From positions 5,307,663-5,331,662 of the forward strand of contig NZ_CP124218.1 in the NCBI RefSeq assembly GCF_045571515.1: DNA of 24,000 nucleotides, given 5' to 3'. The position numbers and the translations under genes are program-made. Source of the stretch: Pseudomonas sp. nanlin1. GTDB taxonomy: Bacteria > Pseudomonadota > Gammaproteobacteria > Pseudomonadales > Pseudomonadaceae. How positions within the stretch are numbered: position 1 is the stretch's first letter; each line of letters begins with the position of its first letter. A model generated the notes under the pieces. That model worked only from the letters and a program-made list of their open reading frames with translations. It did not search any database and was not told the origin of the DNA. Below, one piece after another: positions 1-8,249 of the stretch.

Positions 1-1
1 C

Positions 2-520
2 TATCGCGATGAGCAGCCACCCCTGGCTGGCGACTATATCCAGGCCGTCCGTGACCGCCTGGAGGGCCGAGACTTGGCGCTAGTGTTCGAACCGGGCCGT
101 TTTATCGTGGCCAACGCCGGTGTTTTGCTCACCCGCGTGGAATACCTCAAGCACACCGAGCACAAAGACTTCGCCATTGTCGACGCGGCCATGAACGACC
201 TGATCCGCCCTGCCCTTTATCAGGCCTGGATGGGTGTCAGTGCGGTACGCCCGCGCGCCGGCGAGAGCCGCCCCTACGACATCGTTGGGCCCATTTGCGA
301 GACCGGCGACTTCCTGGCCAAGGACCGCCCACTGGTACTGGCTGAAGGCGACCTACTGGCGGTGCATTCCGCTGGGGCCTATGGTTTTGTTATGAGTTCG
401 AACTACAACACCCGCGGGCGTTGCGCCGAAGTGTTGGTCGACGGTGATCGAGCCTTCGAAGTGCGTCGCCGCGAAACGGTGGCTGAATTGTTCGCTGGCG
501 AAAGCCTACTGCCGGAGTGA
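2..520 (+). CDS. lysA: Diaminopimelate decarboxylase LysA, C-terminal part (5' end lies outside the window)
   Basis: The open frame runs from the window edge to TGA at 518-520. The translation (...[24 protein letters not shown]...[11 protein letters not shown]...[17 protein letters not shown]) matches the conserved C-terminal beta-domain of PLP-dependent DAP decarboxylases. It sits directly upstream of dapF, as in Pseudomonas. Confidence 0.85.
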   Translation, partial: YRDEQPPLAGDYIQAVRDRLEGRDLALVFEPGRFIVANAGVLLTRVEYLKHTEHKDFAIVDAAMNDLIRPALYQAWMGVSAVRPRAGESRPYDIVGPICETGDFLAKDRPLVLAEGDLLAVHSAGAYGFVMSSNYNTRGRCAEVLVDGDRAFEVRRRETVAELFAGESLLPE

Positions 521-524
521 TCCC

Positions 525-1355
525 ATGCTATTGCGCTTTACCAAGATGCATGGCCTGGGCAACGACTTCATGGTGCTCGACCTCGTCAGCCAACACGCGC
601 ATATCCTGCCCAAGCATGCCAAGCAATGGGGCGATCGCCACACGGGTATCGGCTTCGACCAACTGCTACTGGTCGAGGCCCCCAGCAACCCTGAGGTGGA
701 TTTTCGCTACCGCATTTTCAACTCCGACGGTTCGGAAGTGGAACAGTGCGGCAACGGTGCACGCTGCTTCGCCCGCTTCGTGCTGGACAAACGCCTGACC
801 GCGAAAAAATGCATTCGGGTGGAAACCAAGAGCGGCATAATAGTGCTCAACGTGCGCAACGATGGCCAGATCAGCGTCGACATGGGCCCACCGGTGCTGG
901 CGCCGGCGGACATCCCGTTCCAGGCTCAAGCACAGGCCTTGAGCTACGACCTGCAGGTCGATGGCGAGTCGTTGTCCATGGCCGCCGTTTCCATGGGCAA
1001 CCCGCACGCCGTATTACGCGTGCAGGACATCAACCAAGCCCCCGTGCACCAGCTGGGGCCAAAAATTGAGCACCACCCGCGCTTCCCGGCTCGGGTCAAC
1101 GTCGGCTTTTTGCACGTCGTCGACCGCCAGCGCGCGCAATTGCGCGTGTGGGAGCGCGGTGCCGGAGAGACCCAAGCCTGTGGCACCGGGGCTTGCGCCG
1201 CGGCGGTGGCCGCCATCAGCCAGGGCTGGATGGATTCACCCCTGCTCATCGATCTTCCTGGCGGGCGCTTGTCGTTGGAATGGGCAGGCCCTGGCCAACC
1301 CGTGATCATGACTGGCCCCGCCGTGCGCGTCTACGAAGGTCAAGTCCGTTTATAA
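525..1355 (+). CDS. dapF: Diaminopimelate epimerase DapF
   Basis: ATG at 525 gives [19 protein letters not shown]..., the canonical DapF N-terminus. Both catalytic Cys motifs are present (EQCGNGARC and ACGTGACAA). The longer ORF-track start at 444 overlaps lysA and is rejected. Confidence 0.95.
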   Translation: MLLRFTKMHGLGNDFMVLDLVSQHAHILPKHAKQWGDRHTGIGFDQLLLVEAPSNPEVDFRYRIFNSDGSEVEQCGNGARCFARFVLDKRLTAKKCIRVETKSGIIVLNVRNDGQISVDMGPPVLAPADIPFQAQAQALSYDLQVDGESLSMAAVSMGNPHAVLRVQDINQAPVHQLGPKIEHHPRFPARVNVGFLHVVDRQRAQLRVWERGAGETQACGTGACAAAVAAISQGWMDSPLLIDLPGGRLSLEWAGPGQPVIMTGPAVRVYEGQVRL

Positions 1356-1368
1356 GTGAGCGATTTTG

Positions 1369-2079
1369 ATGACCGATCAGCCTCAGGTTCCAGCCAGCCA
1401 CACCGACGCCGAAGCGGCGGCGGTGGCCGAGTATTTGCGCAAGAACACTGGTTTTTTCGTCGACCACGAAGAGCTGCTGACCAGCCTGCGTTTGCCCCAT
1501 CAACGCGGAGACACCGTGTCGCTGGTCGAACGCCAGGTCAAAGTGCTGCGCGAGCGCAATATCGAAATGCGCAATCGCTTGTCACAGTTGATGGACGTTG
1601 CCCGGGACAATGATCGACTGTTCGAGAAAACGCGTCGGCTGATTCTCGACCTGCTCGACACCAGCAGCCTGGAAGAAGCGGTGATCGCCGTCGAGGACAG
1701 CTTGCGTCAGGAGTTTCAGGTGCCGTTCGCTAGCCTCATTCTTTTCGCCGAAACCCCCACTCCCGTAGGGCGCTCGGTGACCCTGGCCGAGGCCCAAAAG
1801 GCGATTGGTGGGTTGCTGACGGAGGGCAAAACCCTGTGCGGCACCCTGCGAGACCACGAACTGGACTTTCTATTTGGTGAAGACCAGCGCAAGCAGATCG
1901 GCTCCACGGCCGTGGTTGCCCTGAGTTACCAGGGGGTGCTGCAGGGCGTACTTGCGGTCGGCAGCCGCGACCCACAGCATTACAAGAGCTCATTGGGGAC
2001 GCTATTTCTCAACTACATCGCTGAAGTGCTCAGCCGCGTCCTCCCGCGCTACACCAACCTTTTGCGCCCGGTGCGCTAG
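1369..2079 (+). CDS. DUF484 family protein (YigA-like)
   Basis: 236-aa ORF starting at the ATG at 1369; the ORF track starts it one codon earlier, at TTG 1366. It lies between dapF and xerC, the same position as yigA in the conserved dapF-yigA-xerC-yigB arrangement. The sequence has a coiled-coil N-terminus followed by a GAF-like C-terminus. Confidence 0.8.
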   Translation: MTDQPQVPASHTDAEAAAVAEYLRKNTGFFVDHEELLTSLRLPHQRGDTVSLVERQVKVLRERNIEMRNRLSQLMDVARDNDRLFEKTRRLILDLLDTSSLEEAVIAVEDSLRQEFQVPFASLILFAETPTPVGRSVTLAEAQKAIGGLLTEGKTLCGTLRDHELDFLFGEDQRKQIGSTAVVALSYQGVLQGVLAVGSRDPQHYKSSLGTLFLNYIAEVLSRVLPRYTNLLRPVR

Positions 2080-2081
2080 CT

Positions 2082-2978
2082 ATGTTGGCCCAGCTCGAGG
2101 CTTATTGCGCGCATTTGCGCACCGAGCGCCAGGTCTCCAGCCATACGCTGGAAGCCTACCGCCGCGACTTGAACACGGTGCTGGGTTTTTGCGAAAAGGA
2201 GCAGCTGTCGAGCTGGGCGGCGCTGGATATCCAGCATCTGCGCCGGTTGATCGCTCGCCGCCACCAACAGGGCCAATCTTCGCCAAGCCTGGCCCGGCTG
2301 CTATCTGCAGTGCGGGGCTTTTATCGTTACCTCAATCGCGAAGGCCTCTGTAGCCATGACCCGGCCAACGGCCTGGCACCGCCCAAGGGCGAGCGGCGAC
2401 TGCCGCGCACGCTGGACACCGACCGCGCGCTGCAATTGCTCGAAGGCGCGGTGGAGGACGACTTCCTGGCCCAACGTGACCAAGCCATGCTGGAGCTTTT
2501 TTACTCCAGCGGGCTGCGCTTGTCGGAGCTGACCGCCCTTAACCTGGAGCAATTGGATTTGGCCGATGGCCTGGTGCAAGTGCATGGTAAGGGCAGTAAA
2601 ACCCGCGTCCTGCCCGTCGGGCGCAAAGCGCGTGAGGCGTTGCAGCAATGGTTGCCGCTGCGGGCCCTGAGCAACCCGGCCGACGATGCCGTATTCGTCA
2701 GCCAGCAGGGCCGCCGCCTGGGCCCGCGGGCCATTCAGCTGCGGGTCAAGGCTGCCGGCGCACGCGAGCTGGGCCAGAATCTGCATCCGCACATGCTGCG
2801 GCATTCATTCGCCAGCCACCTGCTGGAGTCCTCCCAAGACCTGCGTGCCGTGCAAGAAATGCTCGGCCACGCCGACATCGCTACCACCCAGATTTACACC
2901 CACCTCGACTTTCAACACCTGGCGACGGTGTACGACAGCGCCCACCCCAGGGCCAAACGCAAAGGCGGCGACACATGA
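2082..2978 (+). CDS. xerC: Tyrosine site-specific recombinase XerC
   Basis: 298 aa. N-terminal SAM-like domain ([19 protein letters not shown]). C-terminal catalytic region is [39 protein letters not shown], containing the R-H-R-Y signature residues. Its stop overlaps the next ATG (ATGA at 2975-2978). Confidence 0.93.
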   Translation: MLAQLEAYCAHLRTERQVSSHTLEAYRRDLNTVLGFCEKEQLSSWAALDIQHLRRLIARRHQQGQSSPSLARLLSAVRGFYRYLNREGLCSHDPANGLAPPKGERRLPRTLDTDRALQLLEGAVEDDFLAQRDQAMLELFYSSGLRLSELTALNLEQLDLADGLVQVHGKGSKTRVLPVGRKAREALQQWLPLRALSNPADDAVFVSQQGRRLGPRAIQLRVKAAGARELGQNLHPHMLRHSFASHLLESSQDLRAVQEMLGHADIATTQIYTHLDFQHLATVYDSAHPRAKRKGGDT

Positions 2979-3667
2979 GCATCCAATTGATCACGTTCGA
3001 CCTTGACGATACCTTGTGGGACACCGCCCCTGTCATCATCAGCGCTGAAAGCGCATTGCGTGAGTGGCTGAACGCCCATGCCCCGCGACTGGGCCCGCTG
3101 CCTGTGGAGCAGGTGGCAGAGATCCGCAAGCGCATGGTCGACGCGGACCCCAGCTTAAAATACCGCATCAGTTTTTTACGCCAGCGAGTGCTGGCCCACG
3201 CCCTCGCCGAGGCCGGCTATGCCCAACCCGAAGCTGAGACGTTGGCTGAACAGGCATTCGCGGTGTTCCTGGAGGCCCGGCAGCAGGTCGAGGTGTTTCC
3301 CCAGGCGCAACCTGCCCTGGCGCTGCTTGCGCAAAGCTATACCTTGGGTGTGATCACTAACGGCAACGCAGATGTGCACCGTATCGGGCTGGGCGAGCAT
3401 TTCGCCTTTGCCTTGTGCGCTGAGGACATGGCCATCGGCAAGCCTGACGCGCGGCTGTTTCAGGAGGCGTTACGCCGAGGTGGGGTGCCGGCCGGCGCAG
3501 CCGTTCACGTTGGTGACCACCCCGGCGATGACATTGCCGGCGCGCAGGCTGCAGGCATGCGCGCGATCTGGTACAACCCCCGCAGGCTGCCCTGGCAAGG
3601 CGATGGCCGGCCAGATGCCGAGGTCGCCAGCCTGAGCGAGATCGCCGAAGCTGTGCGCGCGCTTTGA
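2975..3667 (+). CDS. HAD-superfamily hydrolase (YigB-like phosphatase)
   Basis: ATG at 2975 gives [16 protein letters not shown], the DxDxT HAD motif I. Motifs VITNG and GKPD...[12 protein letters not shown] follow later. The upstream part of the track ORF (2648-2974) is an out-of-frame overlap with xerC and is rejected. Confidence 0.85.
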   Translation: MSIQLITFDLDDTLWDTAPVIISAESALREWLNAHAPRLGPLPVEQVAEIRKRMVDADPSLKYRISFLRQRVLAHALAEAGYAQPEAETLAEQAFAVFLEARQQVEVFPQAQPALALLAQSYTLGVITNGNADVHRIGLGEHFAFALCAEDMAIGKPDARLFQEALRRGGVPAGAAVHVGDHPGDDIAGAQAAGMRAIWYNPRRLPWQGDGRPDAEVASLSEIAEAVRAL

Positions 3668-3677
3668 GGGGTGCAAG

Positions 3678-3734
3678 AGATCGGGGGCGAGCCCCCTCCT
3701 ACACATGACGTAGGAGGGGGCTCGCCCCCGATCT
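3678..3734. repeat. REP-like perfect 25-bp inverted repeat (stem-loop) between convergent genes; probable bidirectional terminator
   Basis: The left arm 3678-3702 (AGATCGGGGGCGAGCCCCCTCCTAC) is the exact reverse complement of the right arm 3710-3734. The loop is 7 nt. The element sits between the HAD stop (3667) and the stop of the minus-strand gene at 3741. Confidence 0.8.
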
Positions 3735-3740
3735 TCTGCC

Positions 3741-4064
3741 CTAAATAGGGCGGCTGCCGTATTTGTTGTCCGGCTTCTTGGGTGGGTCGGCCACCACATT
3801 CGCTTCGACCTCCTGCACTTTGCCGCCACGCGCAAGAAACTCTTCCATGGCCCGGGCCAAGGCGTCGCGTTCCTTATTTTTGGCTTCAATGCTGGGAAGC
3901 TCGTCTACGGAGACAGCGGCCTTGGCCTTGCCTTTGGCGGCAGGGGCTGGTGAATCGCCACCGTCATCTTCCGCTACCTCCTCAGGGCCGGCCTCGAGGG
4001 ACTCCTCGGTTTCGTCATCCTCTCCGACTTCAAGGTCGTCTTGTTCCAGATCATCGTCGCTCAT
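3741..4064 (-). CDS. sutA: Small acidic protein, SutA-like RNA-polymerase-associated transcription factor
   Basis: 107 aa with a highly acidic N-terminal tail (MSDDDLEQDDLEVGEDDETEES...). The central helix is KERDALARAMEEFLARGGKVQE and the C-terminus is PPKKPDNKYGSRPI. This matches my recollection of Pseudomonas SutA; the name is from memory and was not database-checked. Confidence 0.6.
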   Translation of the reverse strand: MSDDDLEQDDLEVGEDDETEESLEAGPEEVAEDDGGDSPAPAAKGKAKAAVSVDELPSIEAKNKERDALARAMEEFLARGGKVQEVEANVVADPPKKPDNKYGSRPI

Positions 4065-4163
4065 GTTCTACCTCATGACTTGCGAAAGCAGATTATTTAT
4101 GGCCCAGCTCACCCTCTATCGACGGCAACCGGAAAAAATTCACATCCACTGTTAACCAGCGGT

Positions 4164-4589
4164 TTAAAAGCGCTCACCTTGTAGCGTCGCGAGCACCCTG
4201 CGAGCGCCGCCATGATCGCGGTGTTCGCCTAAGTAAACACCCTGCCAAGTGCCCATCGCCAACCGTCCATCCGTGACCGGCAGGCTAAGTTGGCAACCCA
4301 GCAGGCTGGCTTTGAAATGCGCCGGCAGATCGTCAGGGCCTTCATCGTTATGCTCAAAACCATCGACACCTTGCGGAGCGATAAAGTTGAAAAAACGTTC
4401 GAAATCTCGACGAACAGCCGGGTCGGCGTTTTCGTTGATGGTCAACGAGGCCGACGTGTGTTGCAGCCACACGTGCAGCAACCCGATGCGACAATCACTC
4501 AACCAGGGTAACCCGGCCACCAACTCGTCAGTGACCAGATGAAACCCTCGGGGCCTTGCCCGCAGGGTAATCAGTTGTTGCTGCCACAT
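4164..4589 (-). CDS. yjbQ: YjbQ/UPF0047 family protein (secondary thiamine-phosphate synthase-like)
   Basis: The ATG at 4589 (minus strand) gives MWQQQLITLRARPRGFHLVTDE...HTSASLTINENADPAVRRD...GPDDLPAHFKASLLG...LGTWQGVYLGEHRD, typical of the YjbQ family. The longer track ORF reaching 4820 runs through the amtB terminator and is rejected. Confidence 0.85.
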   Translation of the reverse strand: MWQQQLITLRARPRGFHLVTDELVAGLPWLSDCRIGLLHVWLQHTSASLTINENADPAVRRDFERFFNFIAPQGVDGFEHNDEGPDDLPAHFKASLLGCQLSLPVTDGRLAMGTWQGVYLGEHRDHGGARRVLATLQGERF

Positions 4590-4761
4590 ACTGTTCTCCG
4601 CACATTCGGGGCGCATTCTAGCGCGCTCTGGGGAAAAGCAAAGAGGTGGATGTAGAACAAAAGCTGTCGGAAACCACCCCCGGTTTTGCCCGCCCTCAGT
4701 GCAGTGTCGAGCAGGCCCCGAACAAACGCCCTGCCCCTGAATCAAGTGACAAACGCCAGGC

Positions 4762-4794
4762 AAAAAAATGCCCGGCGAACCGGGCATTTTTTTT
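4762..4794 (-). terminator. Rho-independent terminator downstream of amtB (symmetric, usable in both directions)
   Basis: AAAAAAATGCCCGG-CGAA-CCGGGCATTTTTTTT: a 9-bp GC-rich stem with a 4-nt loop, flanked by an A-run and a T-run. It starts about 10 nt after the amtB stop at 4804. Confidence 0.75.
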
Positions 4795-4803
4795 GGAACG
4801 CGA

Positions 4804-6138
4804 TTACAGGTTGTAACCACGCTCGTTGTGCTGCGCCAGGTCGAGGCCTACGGCTTCTTCCTCGTCGGTGACACGCAAGCCCATGATCGCATCCAGCACC
4901 TTCAGGATGATGAAGGTGACCACAGCGGTGTAGACCACGGTAAAGGCAACGCCTTTGAACTGAATCCAGACCTGCGCCGGGATGTCGGTCACGGTGCCGA
5001 AGCCGCCCAATGCTGGGGCTGCGAAAACACCGGTGAGTATCGCACCGACAATGCCACCGATCCCGTGCACGCCGAAAGCGTCCAGGGAGTCGTCGTAGCC
5101 CAGCTTGCGCTTCAGGCTGGTGGCGCAGAAGAAGCAGATCACACCGGCCGCCAGGCCAATGATCAGCGAGCCCATCGGGCCGACGGTACCGGCCGCTGGT
5201 GTGACTGCCACCAAGCCTGCAACCACACCCGAAGCGATACCCAGGGCGCTGGGCTTACCGTGGGTCAGCCACTCAGCGAACATCCAGCCCAAGGCCGCAG
5301 CTGCGGTAGCGATCTGGGTGACCAACATCGCCATACCGGCAGTGCCATTGGCCGCTGCGGCGGAGCCGGCGTTGAAGCCGAACCAGCCTACCCACAGCAT
5401 GGCCGCGCCGATTAGGGTGTAGCCCAGGTTGTGCGGCGCCATCGGGGTGGTCGGGAAGCCTTTACGCTTGCCGAGCACGATGCACGCCACCAGGCCAGCA
5501 ATACCGGCGTTGATGTGCACCACGGTGCCGCCCGCGAAGTCCAGTACGCCCCAGTCCCACATCAGGCCACCATTGCCCGACCACACCATGTGAGCGATCG
5601 GCGCATATACCAGGGTGAACCACACACCCATGAACACCAGCATCGCGGAGAACTTCATGCGCTCAGCGAAGGCACCGACGATCAGGGCAGGCGTGATGAT
5701 GGCGAAGGTCATCTGGAAGGTGATGAACACCGCTTCCGGGAACAGCGCCGTGGCGGAGGTCAGGCTGGCGGGGGTGACACCGCTCAGGAAGGCTTTGGAC
5801 AAGCCGCCCACGAAGGAATTGAAGTTAACCACGCCTTGTTCCATACCCGTGGTATCGAACGCCAGGCTGTAGCCGTACACCATCCACAGGATGGAGATCA
5901 GGCCGGTGATCGCGAAACACTGCATCATCACCGACAGGATGTTCTTGGAACGCACCATGCCGCCGTAAAACAAAGCGAGGCCGGGGATCGTCATGAACAG
6001 CACGAGTGCGGTAGCGGTGAGCATCCAGGCGGTGTCGCCGGAGTTGAGGACGGGGGCTGCCGCCTCCTCTGCCATGGCCAGGCCTGGCAAAGCGAGGGAC
6101 AACAGGGCTCCTAGCCCTGCGAATTGACGCAGAGTCAT
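4804..6138 (-). CDS. amtB: Ammonium transporter AmtB
   Basis: 444 aa. Signal peptide MTLRQFAGLGALLSLALPGLAMA is followed by about 11 TM segments. Amt-family motifs are present (DFAGGTVVHINAGIAGL; FGFNAGSA; DDSLDAFGVHGIGGIVG). It lies directly downstream of glnK. Confidence 0.95.
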   Translation of the reverse strand: MTLRQFAGLGALLSLALPGLAMAEEAAAPVLNSGDTAWMLTATALVLFMTIPGLALFYGGMVRSKNILSVMMQCFAITGLISILWMVYGYSLAFDTTGMEQGVVNFNSFVGGLSKAFLSGVTPASLTSATALFPEAVFITFQMTFAIITPALIVGAFAERMKFSAMLVFMGVWFTLVYAPIAHMVWSGNGGLMWDWGVLDFAGGTVVHINAGIAGLVACIVLGKRKGFPTTPMAPHNLGYTLIGAAMLWVGWFGFNAGSAAAANGTAGMAMLVTQIATAAAALGWMFAEWLTHGKPSALGIASGVVAGLVAVTPAAGTVGPMGSLIIGLAAGVICFFCATSLKRKLGYDDSLDAFGVHGIGGIVGAILTGVFAAPALGGFGTVTDIPAQVWIQFKGVAFTVVYTAVVTFIILKVLDAIMGLRVTDEEEAVGLDLAQHNERGYNL

Positions 6139-6171
6139 ATTGTTTTCTCCTGGGGCTTTGAGTATGGAAGG

Positions 6172-6678
<507 letters not shown>

Positions 6679-6717
6679 TCACAGCGACTGCTTCAGTGCG
6701 TGGGTCAATTGCCAATA

Positions 6718-6733
6718 AGCAGAAAGCTTGCCA
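6718..6733 (-). promoter_or_regulatory. Candidate sigma54 (-24/-12) promoter of glnK-amtB
   Basis: The minus strand reads TGGCAAGCTTTCTGCT, that is GG-N10-GC. This compares well with the consensus TGGCAC-N5-TTGCW. The implied transcription start is near 6707, about 197 nt upstream of the glnK ATG. Confidence 0.6.
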
Positions 6734-6807
6734 TGTCGCCCCAATCATCAAATTAAAGGGGATAAACCCGGCCTTTGATCAGGAAACAACCAGCCGCAGA
6801 AATGTCG

Positions 6808-6857
6808 CGCACCCAATCGGTGCGAACGCCCGGCCTAGCGCGCACAAAAACCGTGCA
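6808..6857. promoter_or_regulatory. Two candidate NtrC enhancer sites upstream of the glnK sigma54 promoter
   Basis: 6808-6824 is CGCACCcaatcGGTGCG and 6841-6857 is CGCACAaaaacCGTGCA, against the consensus TGCACC-N5-GGTGCA. By my count their centres lie about 109 and 142 nt upstream of the inferred start. This matches the classic two-site spacing of NtrC-activated promoters such as glnAp2. Confidence 0.55.
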
Positions 6858-6926
6858 ACGCTTGGGCGCCATCGAGCCCGGGCCCTGGCGTGCTACACTG
6901 CCCACCTTCAATTCAGGAGCCCGCCC

Positions 6927-7187
6927 ATGCTAGCGCCCAAAGCCTTTCTCGACGCCCTGAGCGACCAAGCTTCGCGTCTGTTCAGCGGTGACACCACGCA
7001 GCCCCGTGCCGAACTCGAAAGCCAGTTCAAAGCCCTGCTGCAAAGCGGCTTCAGCAAGCTCGAACTGGTCAGCCGAGAAGAATTCGACAGCCAGATGGTC
7101 GTATTGGCGCGCACCCGTGCGCGATTGGAGAGCCTGGAAGCCCAGGTCGCAGCACTCGAAGCCAAGCTCGCTGCACCTGCACCATAA
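6927..7187 (+). CDS. ubiK: Ubiquinone biosynthesis accessory factor UbiK (BMFP/YqiC family)
   Basis: The ATG at 6927 is preceded by CAGGAG. The 86-aa product is MLAPKAFLDALSDQASRLFSG...LVSREEFDSQMVVLARTRARLESLEAQVAALEAKL, a typical coiled-coil YqiC/UbiK. The track ORF start at 6528 is rejected. Confidence 0.8.
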   Translation: MLAPKAFLDALSDQASRLFSGDTTQPRAELESQFKALLQSGFSKLELVSREEFDSQMVVLARTRARLESLEAQVAALEAKLAAPAP

Positions 7188-7262
7188 CGTACCGCGCAAG
7201 CCGCTGGACGCCGCTGCAAGCCCTCCTTAAACTCCATCGACGTATCTGATGGATCGGTGTCG

Positions 7263-8186
7263 ATGAACCGCAATGAACTGCGCAAGGCCGATATAAACCT
7301 GATGGTGGTTTTCGAGACCCTGATGCAGGAGCGCAACGTTACCCGCGTCGCCGAGAAGCTTTTTCTCGGCCAACCCACCGTCAGCTCTGCGCTCAACCGC
7401 CTGCGTACTTTATTCAACGACCCGCTGTTCATCCGCGTGGGCCACCGCATGGAGCCTACCGCCCGCGCCGAAGAGCTCATCAAGCACCTTTCGCCGGCGC
7501 TGGATGCCATGTCCATTGCTCTGAGCCTGAGCCACGACTTCGACCCGGCTAGCAGTAATATGACCTTTCGCATCGGGCTCTCCGATGACGTCGAATTTGG
7601 CTTGCTGCCGCCCTTGCTGCGAGCGTTGCGCCTGGAAGCGCCCAAGGTGGTGTTCGTGGTGCAGCATGTGGACTACTGGCGTATTCCCGATCTGCTTGCA
7701 TCCGGTGATATCACCGTAGGCATCAGCCAGACCCGCGGGCTACCCGCCAATGCCAAGCGCAAGTTGCTGCGACGCATGCGGCCACGGGTACTGCGCGCCG
7801 ACAAGTCCGCAACCCCGCTGACCCTCGACGAATACTGCGCACGCCCCCATGTGCTGGTGTCACACACGGCCAACACCAGTGGCATCGCCGATGAGTGGCT
7901 GCACGAAATCGGGCGCTCGCGCCATGTGGTGCTGTCGGTCCCGCAATTCAGCTCGCTGCCCGCGCTACTGGCGGGCACTGACCTGCTCGCCGGCCTGCCC
8001 GATTACACCGCCGACGCCATGGCCGCCGCCGGCAATCTGTTCGCTGAACCGCTGCCATTCGATACCCCCAGCCTCGACCTGTCCATGGTCTGGCTGAGCA
8101 TCATGGACACCGACCCCGCCGAACGCTGGTTACGCGCGCGGCTGGAGGCCTTTATGGGTGACCTGCCACCGCCCGTGCCCTTGTAA
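7263..8186 (+). CDS. LysR-family transcriptional regulator
   Basis: The N-terminal wHTH is DINLMVVFETLMQERNVTRVAEKLFLGQPTVSSALNRLR, followed by a LysR substrate-binding domain. I prefer the ATG at 7263; GTG at 7257 is an alternative start. Confidence 0.85.
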   Translation: MNRNELRKADINLMVVFETLMQERNVTRVAEKLFLGQPTVSSALNRLRTLFNDPLFIRVGHRMEPTARAEELIKHLSPALDAMSIALSLSHDFDPASSNMTFRIGLSDDVEFGLLPPLLRALRLEAPKVVFVVQHVDYWRIPDLLASGDITVGISQTRGLPANAKRKLLRRMRPRVLRADKSATPLTLDEYCARPHVLVSHTANTSGIADEWLHEIGRSRHVVLSVPQFSSLPALLAGTDLLAGLPDYTADAMAAAGNLFAEPLPFDTPSLDLSMVWLSIMDTDPAERWLRARLEAFMGDLPPPVPL

Positions 8187-8249
8187 ACACAACGCCTACC
8201 GCCTGGGGTATCCTTTCGGCCCTCGATATGCTCAGAGCCCGAAGTCCTG

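Noticed and set aside
444-524. Upstream extensions of real genes in the ORF track (dapF from 444, HAD from 2648, yjbQ to 4820, glnK to 6675, ubiK from 6528, MFP to 17563)
   Set aside because: In each case an internal ATG reproduces the canonical family N-terminus. The extension overlaps a neighbouring gene, a terminator or a promoter region.
4768-6114. Long plus-strand ORFs (4768-5415, 5105-5422, 5431-6114, 5615-5872) antisense to amtB
   Set aside because: These are typical spurious antisense frames in GC-rich DNA. Their translations are low-complexity and rich in Arg, Gly, His and Gln, with no motifs. The opposite strand encodes an unmistakable AmtB.
6908-7645. 245-aa minus-strand ORF spanning ubiK and the LysR gene start
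   Set aside because: It overlaps two well-supported plus-strand genes and translates to a Ser/Arg-rich low-complexity sequence. It is a shadow ORF.
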